A stretch of 64,000 nucleotides of DNA from Albugo candida (lineage: Eukaryota), in NCBI GenBank assembly GCA_040437565.1, contig JBDOQK010000016.1, positions 496,001 to 560,000 of the forward strand. The letters are read 5' to 3'. This document shows, one piece after another, positions 26,897 to 38,000 of the stretch. The notes beneath the pieces are model-generated. The model was not told the DNA's origin, ran no database searches, and was given only the letters and a program-made list of their open reading frames with translations. A program made the translations under genes and the position numbers. Positions within the stretch are counted from its first letter, which is position 1. Every line of letters begins with the position of its first letter.

Positions 26897-29143
26897 ATTC
26901 GTGAGTACCAAAAGGTGTGCTTCGTGCCATGACACTTTACTTTCTTCATGAGAGAAAAATGAACCTCTGATAAGAGCTTGCTCATCGACAAGATGGCACG
27001 ATAGACAAGATCATACATAGGCTGTATTTGGGAGGCTTGTCAGCCATTTAGATCCTGTAGCAATTCTTATAGCACATTGCAAAATATTAAAAAAGTGTTT
27101 GCGATCTCTCTTTTCGTTTAACAATGATCAACTACGGATTTGTTCGTGCTCTGACGAAAGTGTCGTCACCATTTGAAGGTACCTGCAATAAACAATCGGA
27201 ACACAAACGCTGGCTTTTAAATTGGAGGTATTCGACTGGTAGGATGAAGGCATTTCATTGATGTTGACGGTAATGTGATGTGTAAATATAGAAGGTCAAA
27301 TTTGACACTAAGTGAAGTTTGGATTTAGGGGATGTAGGACTACCTCAGTTTATCACAAGCAACCATGCGCATATTAAAGATAATAGGGCCGATGCAACAT
27401 TCTTGTGAGCATACTTCGGAGCGCATTACTTTACAGCACTTCTCATGATGGCAAATGGCATTCCTGATGCGATTTGCTTTAGCCGAAAAAGAGTCTCTTC
27501 ATCGAAAGAAAGTTCAGCTGTAGTGGACAAATGAAGTAATCGGATGTGAAGAGATCTGATAGCAAAATAAGAAACATAGGCTGTCAAGAATTGAAGTACA
27601 AACGACGCACTATGTACCATCTCGTCTATCAGGCTCGCAATATCAGCATCAGCCTCACGTTGCCTTTCGGCACTATTTGTTCGTTGCGTCTTACGGTCTC
27701 GTCAATGATTTCGGTTTGCTGTATCTCCATTTCTCTCAAATACCGGGAAGAACGATGTTGGACTCGCAAGTAATCAATTTTCTGCCGGTTTCCTGTTACA
27801 CTCAAAGTCATCTTTCTTCGATAGCCGAGTTGTGATTCTTGCCTTTCGGGATTGTTTCTTTGGCTGAGTCTTACTTTAGTCGACCCTCCTGATTCGCCCG
27901 TATCATTATACACGTTCCTTCGCTAGCTGTAGAGCCAATTCTTCTTTATCGTTGGGCAAGTTTGCAATTAGTCAATGTCAGGGACATATCTACATCCAGT
28001 TGTCCCCTTTACACCTCTTTAGTGTCGGTCCAATACTGCTACCAGTGATTTTGAACATGAAAGCTACTGGTCCGGATAACGATCAGGGTACCACGCGCAG
28101 ACATCATTGGTCACATCATGTCTGAAGGATTGCCTTGATGGTGATCATATAGTCCGGTATACAAAGCGAGCAACGTTAAGCATAGTAAGTTGCAGGCCGT
28201 CGACCATCGCATAGAGTCGGTTTTACAATAAACGGTGCTAAATTCACAGAGACTGAATATTGTTTTACCTTCCTCAGAAGCAAATCAATAAAGCCAATCA
28301 GTCGGACATACGGAAGATAGCACGTTTTCTCACACGCTTTCTCATAATTCTGACACATGTACCAGCCCAATTGTACAAAATCCAAAGTGATGAGTTGTTA
28401 CCTTGCTGTGATTAATGCACCTGTTTGGGAAGCGGTCTGCCTACCAACTAAGATGAGGACTTTATCTGATGGATTGTCCAAAGGTCTCACGCCTATACTC
28501 CTCTTTGCATGGGACTAAAAACACGAGCTCCATCATTTCACGATATGCGCCGATGGTGGCGAAATCGTCACTAGTCTCGCGTATCTAGGATTCAGAATAC
28601 TACATGCTGAAGCGTATGGTGCCCTTCTTAGCACCGTAGCTGTAAACGATTACCTATTGCCTTGTGGATGTGAGGCTAGCACGTGTCGTCAACATCAAGC
28701 AATACAGCCAGACATTTAGCTCTGGCTCCGTGTTGTACACAAGAGAAGCAAGTGAAGACGATCAAAGTCACCATGTGGAGGAAGGTGCGGTGGTGCAGAG
28801 ACGGATTATAGCCAGATGTGTCTCGAATGAGCTTGTTGCCGGCACTTTTGCGACATTCACGCCTTCGAAACCTATCACTTTGATCTTTGGTCCTTCATTC
28901 ACCTCATTTGTTATCAGCAGAATTGCACAGATAACAGCTGCAAAAACATACACTGTATAATCAACTAAAAGCGTTTCCAGCGTCTTTGGAGTTTCCTGTA
29001 AGTCTACGAAACTTTTTCACTAATTCGTCANNNNNNNNNNNNNNNNNNNNNNNNNNNNNNNNNNNNNNNNNNNNNNNNNNNNNNNNNNNNNNNNNNNNNN
29101 NNNNNNNNNNNNNNNNNNNNNNNNNNNNNNCGCTAGAAGCAGA

Positions 29144-31044
29144 ATGGTAAATGCTCAGCCGAGTCCAAGCGCATCCTCTGTCTCTGACGAATGGGATAGC
29201 AGAATGAGTTTGATGACACGCAAAGCGCATTCCAATTATGAGAAATACATCCACTCATCTATCTCTACAGACTGGACAAGGCAACAAGGAGATGTGTATT
29301 CCCTATCAAGATCACCAGTACCTCCGCCCAGTAAAAGCTCTGATGTTGCCATACATCCGGAACAATACAGATCATGGCTCAATCGATTTGTATCAAAGCC
29401 TGCCGGTCAAAGTTTATCGACATGTATGATACTGGCAATGCCTTGGGCCGCTTTTATTGTCTTTGGTCAGTTGAGCGATGTCGATACTTATCTTGAATGT
29501 TGACCCAGAGTCTTCTCTTCCTTTATGTCAGACTCTATATTTGTGCATGTACGCTCTCCATACATGATATCAATGGGCTTCTCGTCATTCTTTCCCCGCT
29601 TCCTTCCATCGATGGTGCCGCTTGTATTTGCTCCATTGCTTGGGGCTGCTTCAGATCGGTCGACTTCTGAATGGGGCCGAAGAAATATGTTTTTGCTCAT
29701 TGCATGCTCACTGATCACGCTTTCTGGAATTCTATTTGCCTGTTCCAGCTTATTTTACCCTACGCACCACAATATCATCGCTCTTCTTTTTCTCTGCTTG
29801 ATAACAGGATGCGTATTGATGCAAGTACGGCCACAAAATAAGTGACCCGGATCGTTTACGCTAACTTTGATCCTGATTCAGATTAGCTTGCGCGCTCGGA
29901 TTATGGATACTTTGCCACTCTCACTTCAGGTTCACGCACAAGTTACATTAGCATGCTGGGATGGTGTTGGTGGTGTATTTGGAATGATCTTATTTCGAAA
30001 TACTGCCGTGTTGGCGCTTGCAGATGAAGTTACTGGCTGGGGTGTTCTCATAGCCCTCGGTAGTGCCATATTACTAATGATTGGTGCTACAATGACGTCC
30101 ATGTACCTTCGACCGGAGCAGCCTTCTCGAAGAAAAGTATCAGGCCCTCGATATCAGATCGTGCAGTCAGTGAGATGTGTCCTTCATCAGATTCAGTATT
30201 GCCCAAAGCTTCTCCGCATACTTTGTGTCGTTCACTTTGTGCTATAGTATGATTCTTTATTTATACGAGTGATTCAATGCCCGATATCTCATTTCGGTTT
30301 AGTTTGGCGTGGTCGGCATTTCAGACACAAACGTATGATTGGTGGGGTACAACCGTATACAAAGGATGCAATCATGCTTCTCGTAAGCAGCGTACTCGCG
30401 TCATAGTCTTTTTGCTGATATCCGATTCAGACTGTGGAGTAAAAGAGATTGAGATGTACAAAGATGGATTGCGAACCGCCAATTTTGCGCTTATCACACA
30501 GGTACCTCAATACTAGTATCTTCCGATTATTGACTTTTTCCTGCAGAGCAGCTTTCAAGTGATTGTGTGTCTCTTATTACTATTTCTTATGCCTCGCGTT
30601 CCGGACATTGCAAAACTAACGCGGTCATCCGTTATATTGGCATTTATCGGAGGTCTATACGCAACAACTCAACCTCACTGAGCTAAATTCCCTTCCATTT
30701 GCGTAGCCGGATCTCTTGTCATCGCTGCAGCAGTCGGTAGTACGTCAAAATCGTTAACTTTCATCGCGTTTGTGCTTGCTTCGTGTTTTCACACTATGGA
30801 GCTCGTCTTCCCGTTCTCTGTCATTGGGATTATGGGCAAAGAAATCGAAAAATCGGAATACGCGTTCACGAACAACGGGCTTTACATTGGCGTTATTTCG
30901 GTATTTTCAGCACTGTCCGATATCAGCGTTCAAGTGTACGGGATCGACAGCATGGCTTCCCTTGGTACAGGTAATAAAATGGTGCTCCCATGTGTTTTAT
31001 TCTGCTCCAGTATTTTATGCCTAACTGTGTTGAAATACACTTGA
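29144..31044 (+). CDS. MFS glycoside-pentoside-hexuronide (SLC45/SUT-like) sugar transporter, multi-exon
   Basis: APLLGAASDRSTSEWGRRNMF signature, LRARIMD, TYDWWGTTVYKG and NNGLYIGV, with TM segments spread across ORFs separated by short introns. Confidence 0.75.
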
Positions 31045-31572
31045 ATTCTTCACGTCATTAAAGAAATATAACTATACATCAGTATCCATTTACATGCATT
31101 CACATGGCAAAGTTCAAATGTTGGTCGATTGACTCGCGCTACGAGCACACAGATTTCGCGACCCGAATTTGCGACAACTTTTTTTTCCAAAAGACGAGCG
31201 CGCAATTGCCATCAAATCAATGGCCACAATGTACCTGAAAAGGCGGCAATTCGTAAAGCGGAAAGCTGTGTACACGAAATGATACAGCGAAATTTGCTTC
31301 AGTCCATCCCTAACGAAATAAAAAGCAAAGTCGCAGAAAGGTTTGATGTCTCAGTTGTTAGGCGTCTCACTGCCAATCGCATTTACAAAGGGAAGCGCTG
31401 ACACATAGACCAAGCGGTGAGGCGCGCTCAATTCCGTGCAGTACGTCATCTGTGTCGCAAAATTGCATCTATGAGAATTTCCTCGCGCAGACAAAAGTAC
31501 AGTTCACGATATAATAAAAGACGGTCTGCAAATTGAGATTTCTCATTGATAAGAAATACATCAGAAAATGGT

Positions 31573-34500
31573 TTATTCCTCCAAATATGAGATATCGTCC
31601 CATGGATGGCGGTAGAGAGGTTGCTTCAATCGTTTTTGGTCCAAAAAGTGGCCAATGAAGCCCATACTTCGACCTAATACAAATAACCCATTCAAACATC
31701 CATTTTGGATCTGTTCTGTTGCTTCCTCCAAAGTAAAGGCTCCACAGTTACGCAACAGGTCGACGAAACAAACAGCAATGCAACCATCCACATTGAGTAT
31801 CAAATTGCTACGTTTCTTCGTCGTCACTTGTTCGACCTCGAGAGCAAATTGTAAGATATCTGTTGCCGGGAAATGATGAAGTGCGTATTCTTTGACGATT
31901 GTCACTCTTTTGTCTGGATTTGAAGTCGATTTGATGCGATGTCCGATACCCATGATTAATTCTCCTTTTCGTTTCATCTCTGCTACAAACTCTGCTGCCG
32001 TGACTCCTGAATCAAATGCGTTGGTGAACATTTCAGCAGCTTTATCCAATGCACCACCAAATCTTGGTCCGATTGTCAGCAGTCCAGATACAAGTGAAGA
32101 AATCAAATCCTTTCCGGCCCGGGCAGTGACAATAGTATTGTGTGCTCCAGCAACAGCAGGCCCATGATCAGCTGTGACCATCAAAATCATCTCAATAAAC
32201 TTTGTGGCGTATGAAGGCAATCTTCGTTTGAACCACAACAAACCCAGAACACCACCAATACCGAGGTCTTCTTCAAAGATCTTGGATATCGGCATTCCTG
32301 CATATGTCAATTCTTCACCACGGTCATCTGTGATAGAAGAGATAAAGTTTGCCGGTTTTCGAATAAGTCCGAGGTTCTTTGCCCACGCGTAATCCATCGG
32401 AACTTTGGGGACAGGAACTTCAGGTTTTGATATGATGACGCCTTCATCGACCAAGTTTGTATACACTTTGTGAATCACCTTTCCAAACTGATCGAATGTA
32501 TCGGGAACGATCGCACCTGCTTTGGCGAGAGCCCCATTCTTAGCAGACGCAGTTTCAGACTCGCCGGACGCACATGCGCCCGCATGGCCAAACTGCACTT
32601 CAAACGGGAAGATGTTTGCACAAGTTCCAATGCACCACGCAATTAACGGCTTTTTGATTTGTCCATTTTGAAGAGCACGACAAACGTCAAATTCATCGGT
32701 TCCTCCAACTTCTCCGAGCAAAACCATCATTTTGATGTCCGGATTGGCTTCATACCGCAACAAATGTTGAATAAACGTTGAACCAGGGTACTTGTCTCCA
32801 CCGATAGCAACTCCTTCGTACACTCCGTCTGTCGTCTGTGAAATGATATTATTCAGTTCATTGGACATGCCACCTGATTTCGATACATACGCCACACTTC
32901 CAGGACGATATAGCTTGGAATGAACAATATTATCAAGCATTCCACCAGTATTCCCAATACGCAAGCATCCCGGCTTGATGCCTCCCACAGTAGCTGGTCC
33001 AATAATTCCCACATTCTTCTCATTTGCTTTCTTTATTATCAATCTCGTTTGGGCTTCTGGAACTCCTTCGGCAATGATAGCATGCGTTTTGATGGTATCT
33101 GCGTGCTGTAAAGCTTCCATCGTGGAAGAAAATACAGAACGGAAGGATGAGAAATTGACCAGTACACTCACATCAGGATACTTCTTGACTGCTTCTTTAA
33201 GGTCCTGAAACACTGGAATTAATCGTTCGCCAGTTCCCCAGTAGAATTTGAGGTAGTGATTTGGTGCGAATGGGAAAATCAGCGCCGCAACACTCGGATT
33301 ACGACGTTTACACAAAAAGTCGAAATCCAACATTCCTTGAACAGCTCGTTGCTGTAAACCATACACAATACAACGAGTATCTTCCTGCAACCGAACAATT
33401 TTCTCGTCTTGGAATACAGGAGAGTGTGCTAATTGTGTTTCCACGGCACCGGAAGATGCAAAACTTTGGTCCGTTGGTGGGTCGGTTCCATCAGTGGTAT
33501 CCTTGCGCTTTTCTGCTGCAACTTGAGCGTTGCTTACCGCAACACTCTTGATCGGTTTCTTGGAACTCGCAGTTTCTGCGGGATTTGGCGGTTCTTGTAG
33601 ACCCAAAGCCATTGGAACAATCGCAGTGATATGCGTCTCTGGACCAAAAACATCAATTGGAACTCCAGTCTCTTTACCGACTTCACGCATCTGTGTGAGC
33701 CCCTCCTGGCAATTCGGACCACCACGTCGAACCCAGATGTGTACTTTGCGATCAATCAGTTTGGATTGGTATTCTTTGATGGCGCGTATAATTCCTTTGA
33801 ATGTCATTGCGACATCTGTGAAATTTGCGATACCACCTCCAATGATAAGTACTTTTCCACGCTCATCATACTGCCGTGTCATCAAATCCAGGATTGTTCG
33901 GGCGTACTGATACGTGTGGGCCTCACTTGGCGCACCTGAATACTCACCATAATTGGCTAATTCATGGCCAGCACCCAAGTCTGCAATCGTATCCGCATAG
34001 ACAACAGAAGCTCCTCCACCGGCAACCATGGTCCAAATACGACCTTCCTGGTTCAATATCGTTAATTTTAATGATGCACCTGTCTTGGAATCTAAATCGG
34101 CGATGAATTCTTCTTCAGGTAATTTGGCTCGACCGAATGCTGGTGGAAATTCTAAATCATCACCCCATCTCTCACCAACAAGAAAAGAAGCTGTCTCGTC
34201 GAGTTTGGCAGCCAGATCCAATACGCACAGCTTTTTATTGACAAGTACGATTGGATTGATTTCCATATACACAAAGTGCAATTCTCTGTACGCATTGAGC
34301 GATTTCACAATAAAATTTGACATGAGCTCTTTACGCTCATCCGGCAAATGGACCAACAAATTAGCTGTGATTTCTTTGGCATTGACTTGAGACTCAATAT
34401 CCACAAGTAATCGAGCTGCTTTCTGGTCTACGTGGCCCACATCAACTCCACCTTGATGATAAAATAAAATCTCATCGCCTTCGCGTTTTGAGATAATGCA

Positions 34501-34884
34501 AAGATAATGTTCATCCGTTGGTGCATGCTTTACAAAAGGCTCCACGATGAAATGAGTTAGGATTCCTGTGATTTGCTCGACTTTGATCGGATGATTCGCT
34601 CGTTGACGAATCCATTCTTTAACATCGGTCCAGGTAGCGTTAAGTAGCAACAGATTGGCCTTACCACGCCGTTTTATTAATTGATCGGGTTTCACGACAA
34701 GTGTGGTCTCTCCACTGGTAAGCCAAGTGTTTTCTTGCTCGAGTATGGTAAAGTATCGTTCCTCGCCTACTTTTTGCAGTTCTGGAGCGCTGATTTGCAC
34801 ACAGCGTGTTTCTAGATTAAAGTCTTTTAATGCTTTCACAAGTATTCGCTTTCCATTATACTCTCGAATGGCTTTAGCTGACAT
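31573..34884 (-). CDS. ACLY: ATP-citrate lyase, single-chain (fused) form, intronless
   Basis: [34 protein letters not shown] (phospho-His) and the citrate-synthase-like end [11 protein letters not shown]...GIGHRIK...LYRHPWDDI. Confidence 0.97.
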   Translation of the reverse strand: MSAKAIREYNGKRILVKALKDFNLETRCVQISAPELQKVGEERYFTILEQENTWLTSGETTLVVKPDQLIKRRGKANLLLLNATWTDVKEWIRQRANHPIKVEQITGILTHFIVEPFVKHAPTDEHYLCIISKREGDEILFYHQGGVDVGHVDQKAARLLVDIESQVNAKEITANLLVHLPDERKELMSNFIVKSLNAYRELHFVYMEINPIVLVNKKLCVLDLAAKLDETASFLVGERWGDDLEFPPAFGRAKLPEEEFIADLDSKTGASLKLTILNQEGRIWTMVAGGGASVVYADTIADLGAGHELANYGEYSGAPSEAHTYQYARTILDLMTRQYDERGKVLIIGGGIANFTDVAMTFKGIIRAIKEYQSKLIDRKVHIWVRRGGPNCQEGLTQMREVGKETGVPIDVFGPETHITAIVPMALGLQEPPNPAETASSKKPIKSVAVSNAQVAAEKRKDTTDGTDPPTDQSFASSGAVETQLAHSPVFQDEKIVRLQEDTRCIVYGLQQRAVQGMLDFDFLCKRRNPSVAALIFPFAPNHYLKFYWGTGERLIPVFQDLKEAVKKYPDVSVLVNFSSFRSVFSSTMEALQHADTIKTHAIIAEGVPEAQTRLIIKKANEKNVGIIGPATVGGIKPGCLRIGNTGGMLDNIVHSKLYRPGSVAYVSKSGGMSNELNNIISQTTDGVYEGVAIGGDKYPGSTFIQHLLRYEANPDIKMMVLLGEVGGTDEFDVCRALQNGQIKKPLIAWCIGTCANIFPFEVQFGHAGACASGESETASAKNGALAKAGAIVPDTFDQFGKVIHKVYTNLVDEGVIISKPEVPVPKVPMDYAWAKNLGLIRKPANFISSITDDRGEELTYAGMPISKIFEEDLGIGGVLGLLWFKRRLPSYATKFIEMILMVTADHGPAVAGAHNTIVTARAGKDLISSLVSGLLTIGPRFGGALDKAAEMFTNAFDSGVTAAEFVAEMKRKGELIMGIGHRIKSTSNPDKRVTIVKEYALHHFPATDILQFALEVEQVTTKKRSNLILNVDGCIAVCFVDLLRNCGAFTLEEATEQIQNGCLNGLFVLGRSMGFIGHFLDQKRLKQPLYRHPWDDISYLEE

Positions 34885-34979
34885 TTTTGTCCGTTGCTTT
34901 ACACAGGCAAATTTCGAAAATGGACTGATAATAGCACAAATGAGAGTCTTGTAATAAGGCGATGATTTATACTATAAAT

Positions 34980-35075
34980 TGACGTCAGTTGCAACCAACG
35001 AATGACATCATCAAAGATACTTGAAAGCTGACTATATTGATTTAGGATGTTGCATTTGCACCTGTAATGACGTCG
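34980..35075. promoter_or_regulatory. CRE/bZIP-like motifs upstream of ACL
   Basis: TGACGTCA at 34980-34987, TGACATCA at 35003-35010 and TGACGTCG at 35068-35075, about 100-190 bp upstream of the ATG. Confidence 0.4.
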
Positions 35076-36164
35076 TTAGGCACGTATGCCATTTCCGGAA
35101 ACTTGGAACGTGCTTCAACGTTCTAATTTTGAATCAATATGAAAAAATATATAAGATACGTAGTGAAGACTCTTTCTGTATTGTACTTCAAGCTCTAAAA
35201 GAAAGTGGAAGATGTCAAGTTGAATAGATAGTCATTACGGTGCGTCTTTGGAGACACTTGTGGGGATGGAATGTTCCAATACTGTGATTAAAGGAGAATA
35301 GTGCATTCACTTGTGACAAAGATGGCGATGTGAGCTCACTACACTTGAAAAGATCTCTATATATGTGTGTATTTGAGATACTGTCGCATAAGGGAAGAAG
35401 TTTGAGCGATTTTCGGTGAAAGAATTACAGGCTTCGAACATTCACTCTTATAAACTCGGAACGATGTTAATTTATAAATCTAGCGAACGAGAATCACCTC
35501 CGACTTCCTGTCGAAACATCAGCGATGTGAAATTCAATTTCTATAAGTTGAATACCGTTTGTGTGTCATGAAATCGATGATGAGTACTGTTCAGATGGGC
35601 TCTAATGATCAGCACAATCGTAAATACAAAAATAGCTTTGACACTGTGTATCTCTCGTTGGTTTCCATCAGTGTACAGCACACCAAGATCTTTGAAATCA
35701 AACTGTTTTAAAATTAGGTTAACTGTCAAGTTGCTTTCTATAACTAAATACTATTTATCTATGAAAATCTGCATTATTGGCTTGTGGTAGACTTCTACTA
35801 TAACTTCCATATCACCCGCATATTTCACCTGCCGCTATTTTCGGATCTCACGGTACACGTTGCCGCCAGATCTAAAAATAGCTCTTCCGCATCATGAGTT
35901 GCACTTATCAATGAGTACATCTCATTTTGCGTGTCATTTGCATCAATTTGATCACTGCAAAAGACACTCAAAATGAGATCTACTCATCGATTTCAACTCA
36001 TCATCCGGTTCCGCTTCCGATTGCTCGGAAAGCGCCGCCTTTCGCAATCGACGATGTCTCCAATCAGCATCCACTTATGCTAAGAGACTTGCAAGGTGAA
36101 GTCGGTATGTGTCAATATTCCTTCGTTTCTTTGTCTCGAACGAATTACTAACTATTTTATCAAA

Positions 36165-37268
36165 ATGCAGCGAGAAAGAATGACCACGACGGCCAACGTG
36201 CCCAACAGAAATGTACCAATGCAAAGAACATCAACGTCGACTCGGAAGCGTGTCGGCGGCGGATACGCGATACAGCCGCAAACGGGAACATCAGCGCCGC
36301 GCGCCATCCAGCAGCGAGTCAATTCCGTCACGCGTGCAGCACCAATAGCAGTAAATCGACCGCGTCTCAGTGACTACAACCAGCTGAAGGAAGAAAATGA
36401 GCAGCTGTTGCGCTTGTTAAATGAGAAATCAGCCCAGCTGGAAGGTGCAATGTTCGAGATCGGCGGACTCAACTCAAAAGTTGTTGATCTTGAAACCCGA
36501 CTGGAGAACAATCAGAAAAGTACGGCGGAAAAGGCAACGGAGATCCAACATGCGTCCGAAAGCTGCGCGACTAAAGTCAGCGAATTGGAAATCCTCAGTC
36601 GGGAATTACAGGAAAATTTGGAATTGAAAGAATCCCAACTAGAAGATGCCGAGATAGCGATAAGCCAGCTCGAATCTACTCTGGAGTTCAAGTCGACTCA
36701 AATCTGCACACTTCAAGATGTGTTGGAAAAGTGCGTCTCCGATGTAATCGAACTCGAAACCCTCAGTGAAGAACTGATCGAAACCCTGGAGTCAAAAGCA
36801 GCTGAGCTTGAAGATGCAAAGAAGACGATATGTACTGTTGGAAGCTCAGGAAACCGGCTGAACACCGGTATTGATGCGGTGGAGTGTCCATCGGCGACAC
36901 CCAAAACGGATGACAGGAGAATCATTCAAGACTTATTACAAGATTTGGGGAGCTTGACGACCCAACTACACGAAGCGCAAGACCAGATCAGCAAACTTGA
37001 AGCAGAACTCCAAGTCTTCGGTATGCGACCCGAGAATGGATACGGGAACACGGCGCATTTTTCAACTGCGGAACCCGAAGTGGATGGAAGTGAAAAAGCG
37101 CTACTCGAAAAGGTCAACCAAGATCTCTTACAAGCGTTGGAACGAAAAATGAGGCAGTACTACGAAGCACAAGATCAAGGCCGTGATCTTAAAGCGGAAG
37201 TTGAAGACCTAAAGAATCGGTTACAGAAAAACTTTCCGGATGTTGCAAAGTCTCGAGACAAGCTATAG
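36165..37268 (+). CDS. Uncharacterised coiled-coil protein (~367 aa) inside the element
   Basis: Intronless ORF with a basic low-complexity N-terminus and long L/E-rich heptads. No enzymatic motif recognised. Confidence 0.7.
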   Translation: MQRERMTTTANVPNRNVPMQRTSTSTRKRVGGGYAIQPQTGTSAPRAIQQRVNSVTRAAPIAVNRPRLSDYNQLKEENEQLLRLLNEKSAQLEGAMFEIGGLNSKVVDLETRLENNQKSTAEKATEIQHASESCATKVSELEILSRELQENLELKESQLEDAEIAISQLESTLEFKSTQICTLQDVLEKCVSDVIELETLSEELIETLESKAAELEDAKKTICTVGSSGNRLNTGIDAVECPSATPKTDDRRIIQDLLQDLGSLTTQLHEAQDQISKLEAELQVFGMRPENGYGNTAHFSTAEPEVDGSEKALLEKVNQDLLQALERKMRQYYEAQDQGRDLKAEVEDLKNRLQKNFPDVAKSRDKL

Positions 37269-37298
37269 TGGCAGCTCATTCGCCCAAAGCTCATTCAT

Positions 37299-37586
37299 CT
37301 GATGACCTCATTACGTCATCGGATGTGGATGTGCGGAACGATACCTGTTGACCTCATTACTTCATCGGATGCGGATGTGTGGAGCGATACCTGATGACCT
37401 CATTACGTCATCGGATGTGGATGTGCGGAACAATACCTGATGACCTCATTACGTCATCGGGTGTGGATGTGCGGAACGATACCTGTTGACCTCATTACTT
37501 CATCGGATGCGGATGTGTGGAGCGATACCTGATGACCTCATTACGTCATCGGATGTGGATGTGCGGAACAATACCTGATGACCTCA
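37299..37586 (+). repeat. 46-bp tandem array (6 units plus a partial unit running into a gap) with a 138-bp higher-order period
   Basis: Unit ctgatgacctcattacgtcatcggatgtggatgtgcggaacgatac starts at 37299, 37345, 37391, 37437, 37483, 37529 and 37575. Variant order is A-B-C-A'-B-C. Confidence 0.97.
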
Positions 37587-38000
37587 NNNNNNNNNNNNNN
37601 NNNNNNNNNNNNNNNNNNNNNNNNNNNNNNNNNNNNNNNNNNNNNNNNNNNNNNNNNNNNNNNNNNNNNNNNNNNNNNNNNNNNNNATGCCCACCTCCAG
37701 GTGCTGTTTTTGACCAAGTCGAAATTGTCAATTAAAGGAAGATCGTCTCAAAAATGTCATCCTCAGTGCAGGTCGCTCCCACCCGCATGTGATATGCCCC
37801 CGCTTGCCACAAGCTAGGCATTTATTTTTCCTTTTTTCAGGTTGATGCTCTAATGCTCAGCACAATCGTAAATATAATATATGTTCATATTGTATGTGTT
37901 GTGATGCTGACGATGCTTCCGAGAGATCGCGTCGTCATAGGCAGAAAAACATATTCCAAGCACGTGATTGGTAATTTATCAATTCCAAGGCACACGGTCC

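Larger units (their letters stand above)
35627..37846 (+). mobile_element. Putative non-autonomous insertion (~2.2 kb including gap) bounded by a 28-bp direct repeat
   Basis: gctctaatg(a/c)tcagcacaatcgtaaata occurs at 35599-35626 and 37847-37874. Homology to the copy at 19916 begins right after the left repeat. Confidence 0.55.

Noticed and set aside
27400-29030. Retrotransposon remnant
   Set aside because: No RT, integrase, gag or LTR motifs found in the short ORFs.
31573-34884. Fused single-chain ACL as a novelty
   Set aside because: Single-chain ACL is a well-known architecture.
37299-37586. CRISPR array or hammerhead ribozyme array (units begin with CTGATGA)
   Set aside because: There are no unique spacers and no cas genes. 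The hammerhead GAAA core is absent (GGAAC/GGAGC instead) and CTGATGA is itself paired in the stem.
37800-37820. Helitron 3' end (hairpin plus CTAG)
   Set aside because: CTAG overlaps the hairpin and is followed by G rather than T, and Helitrons do not create a 28-bp duplication.
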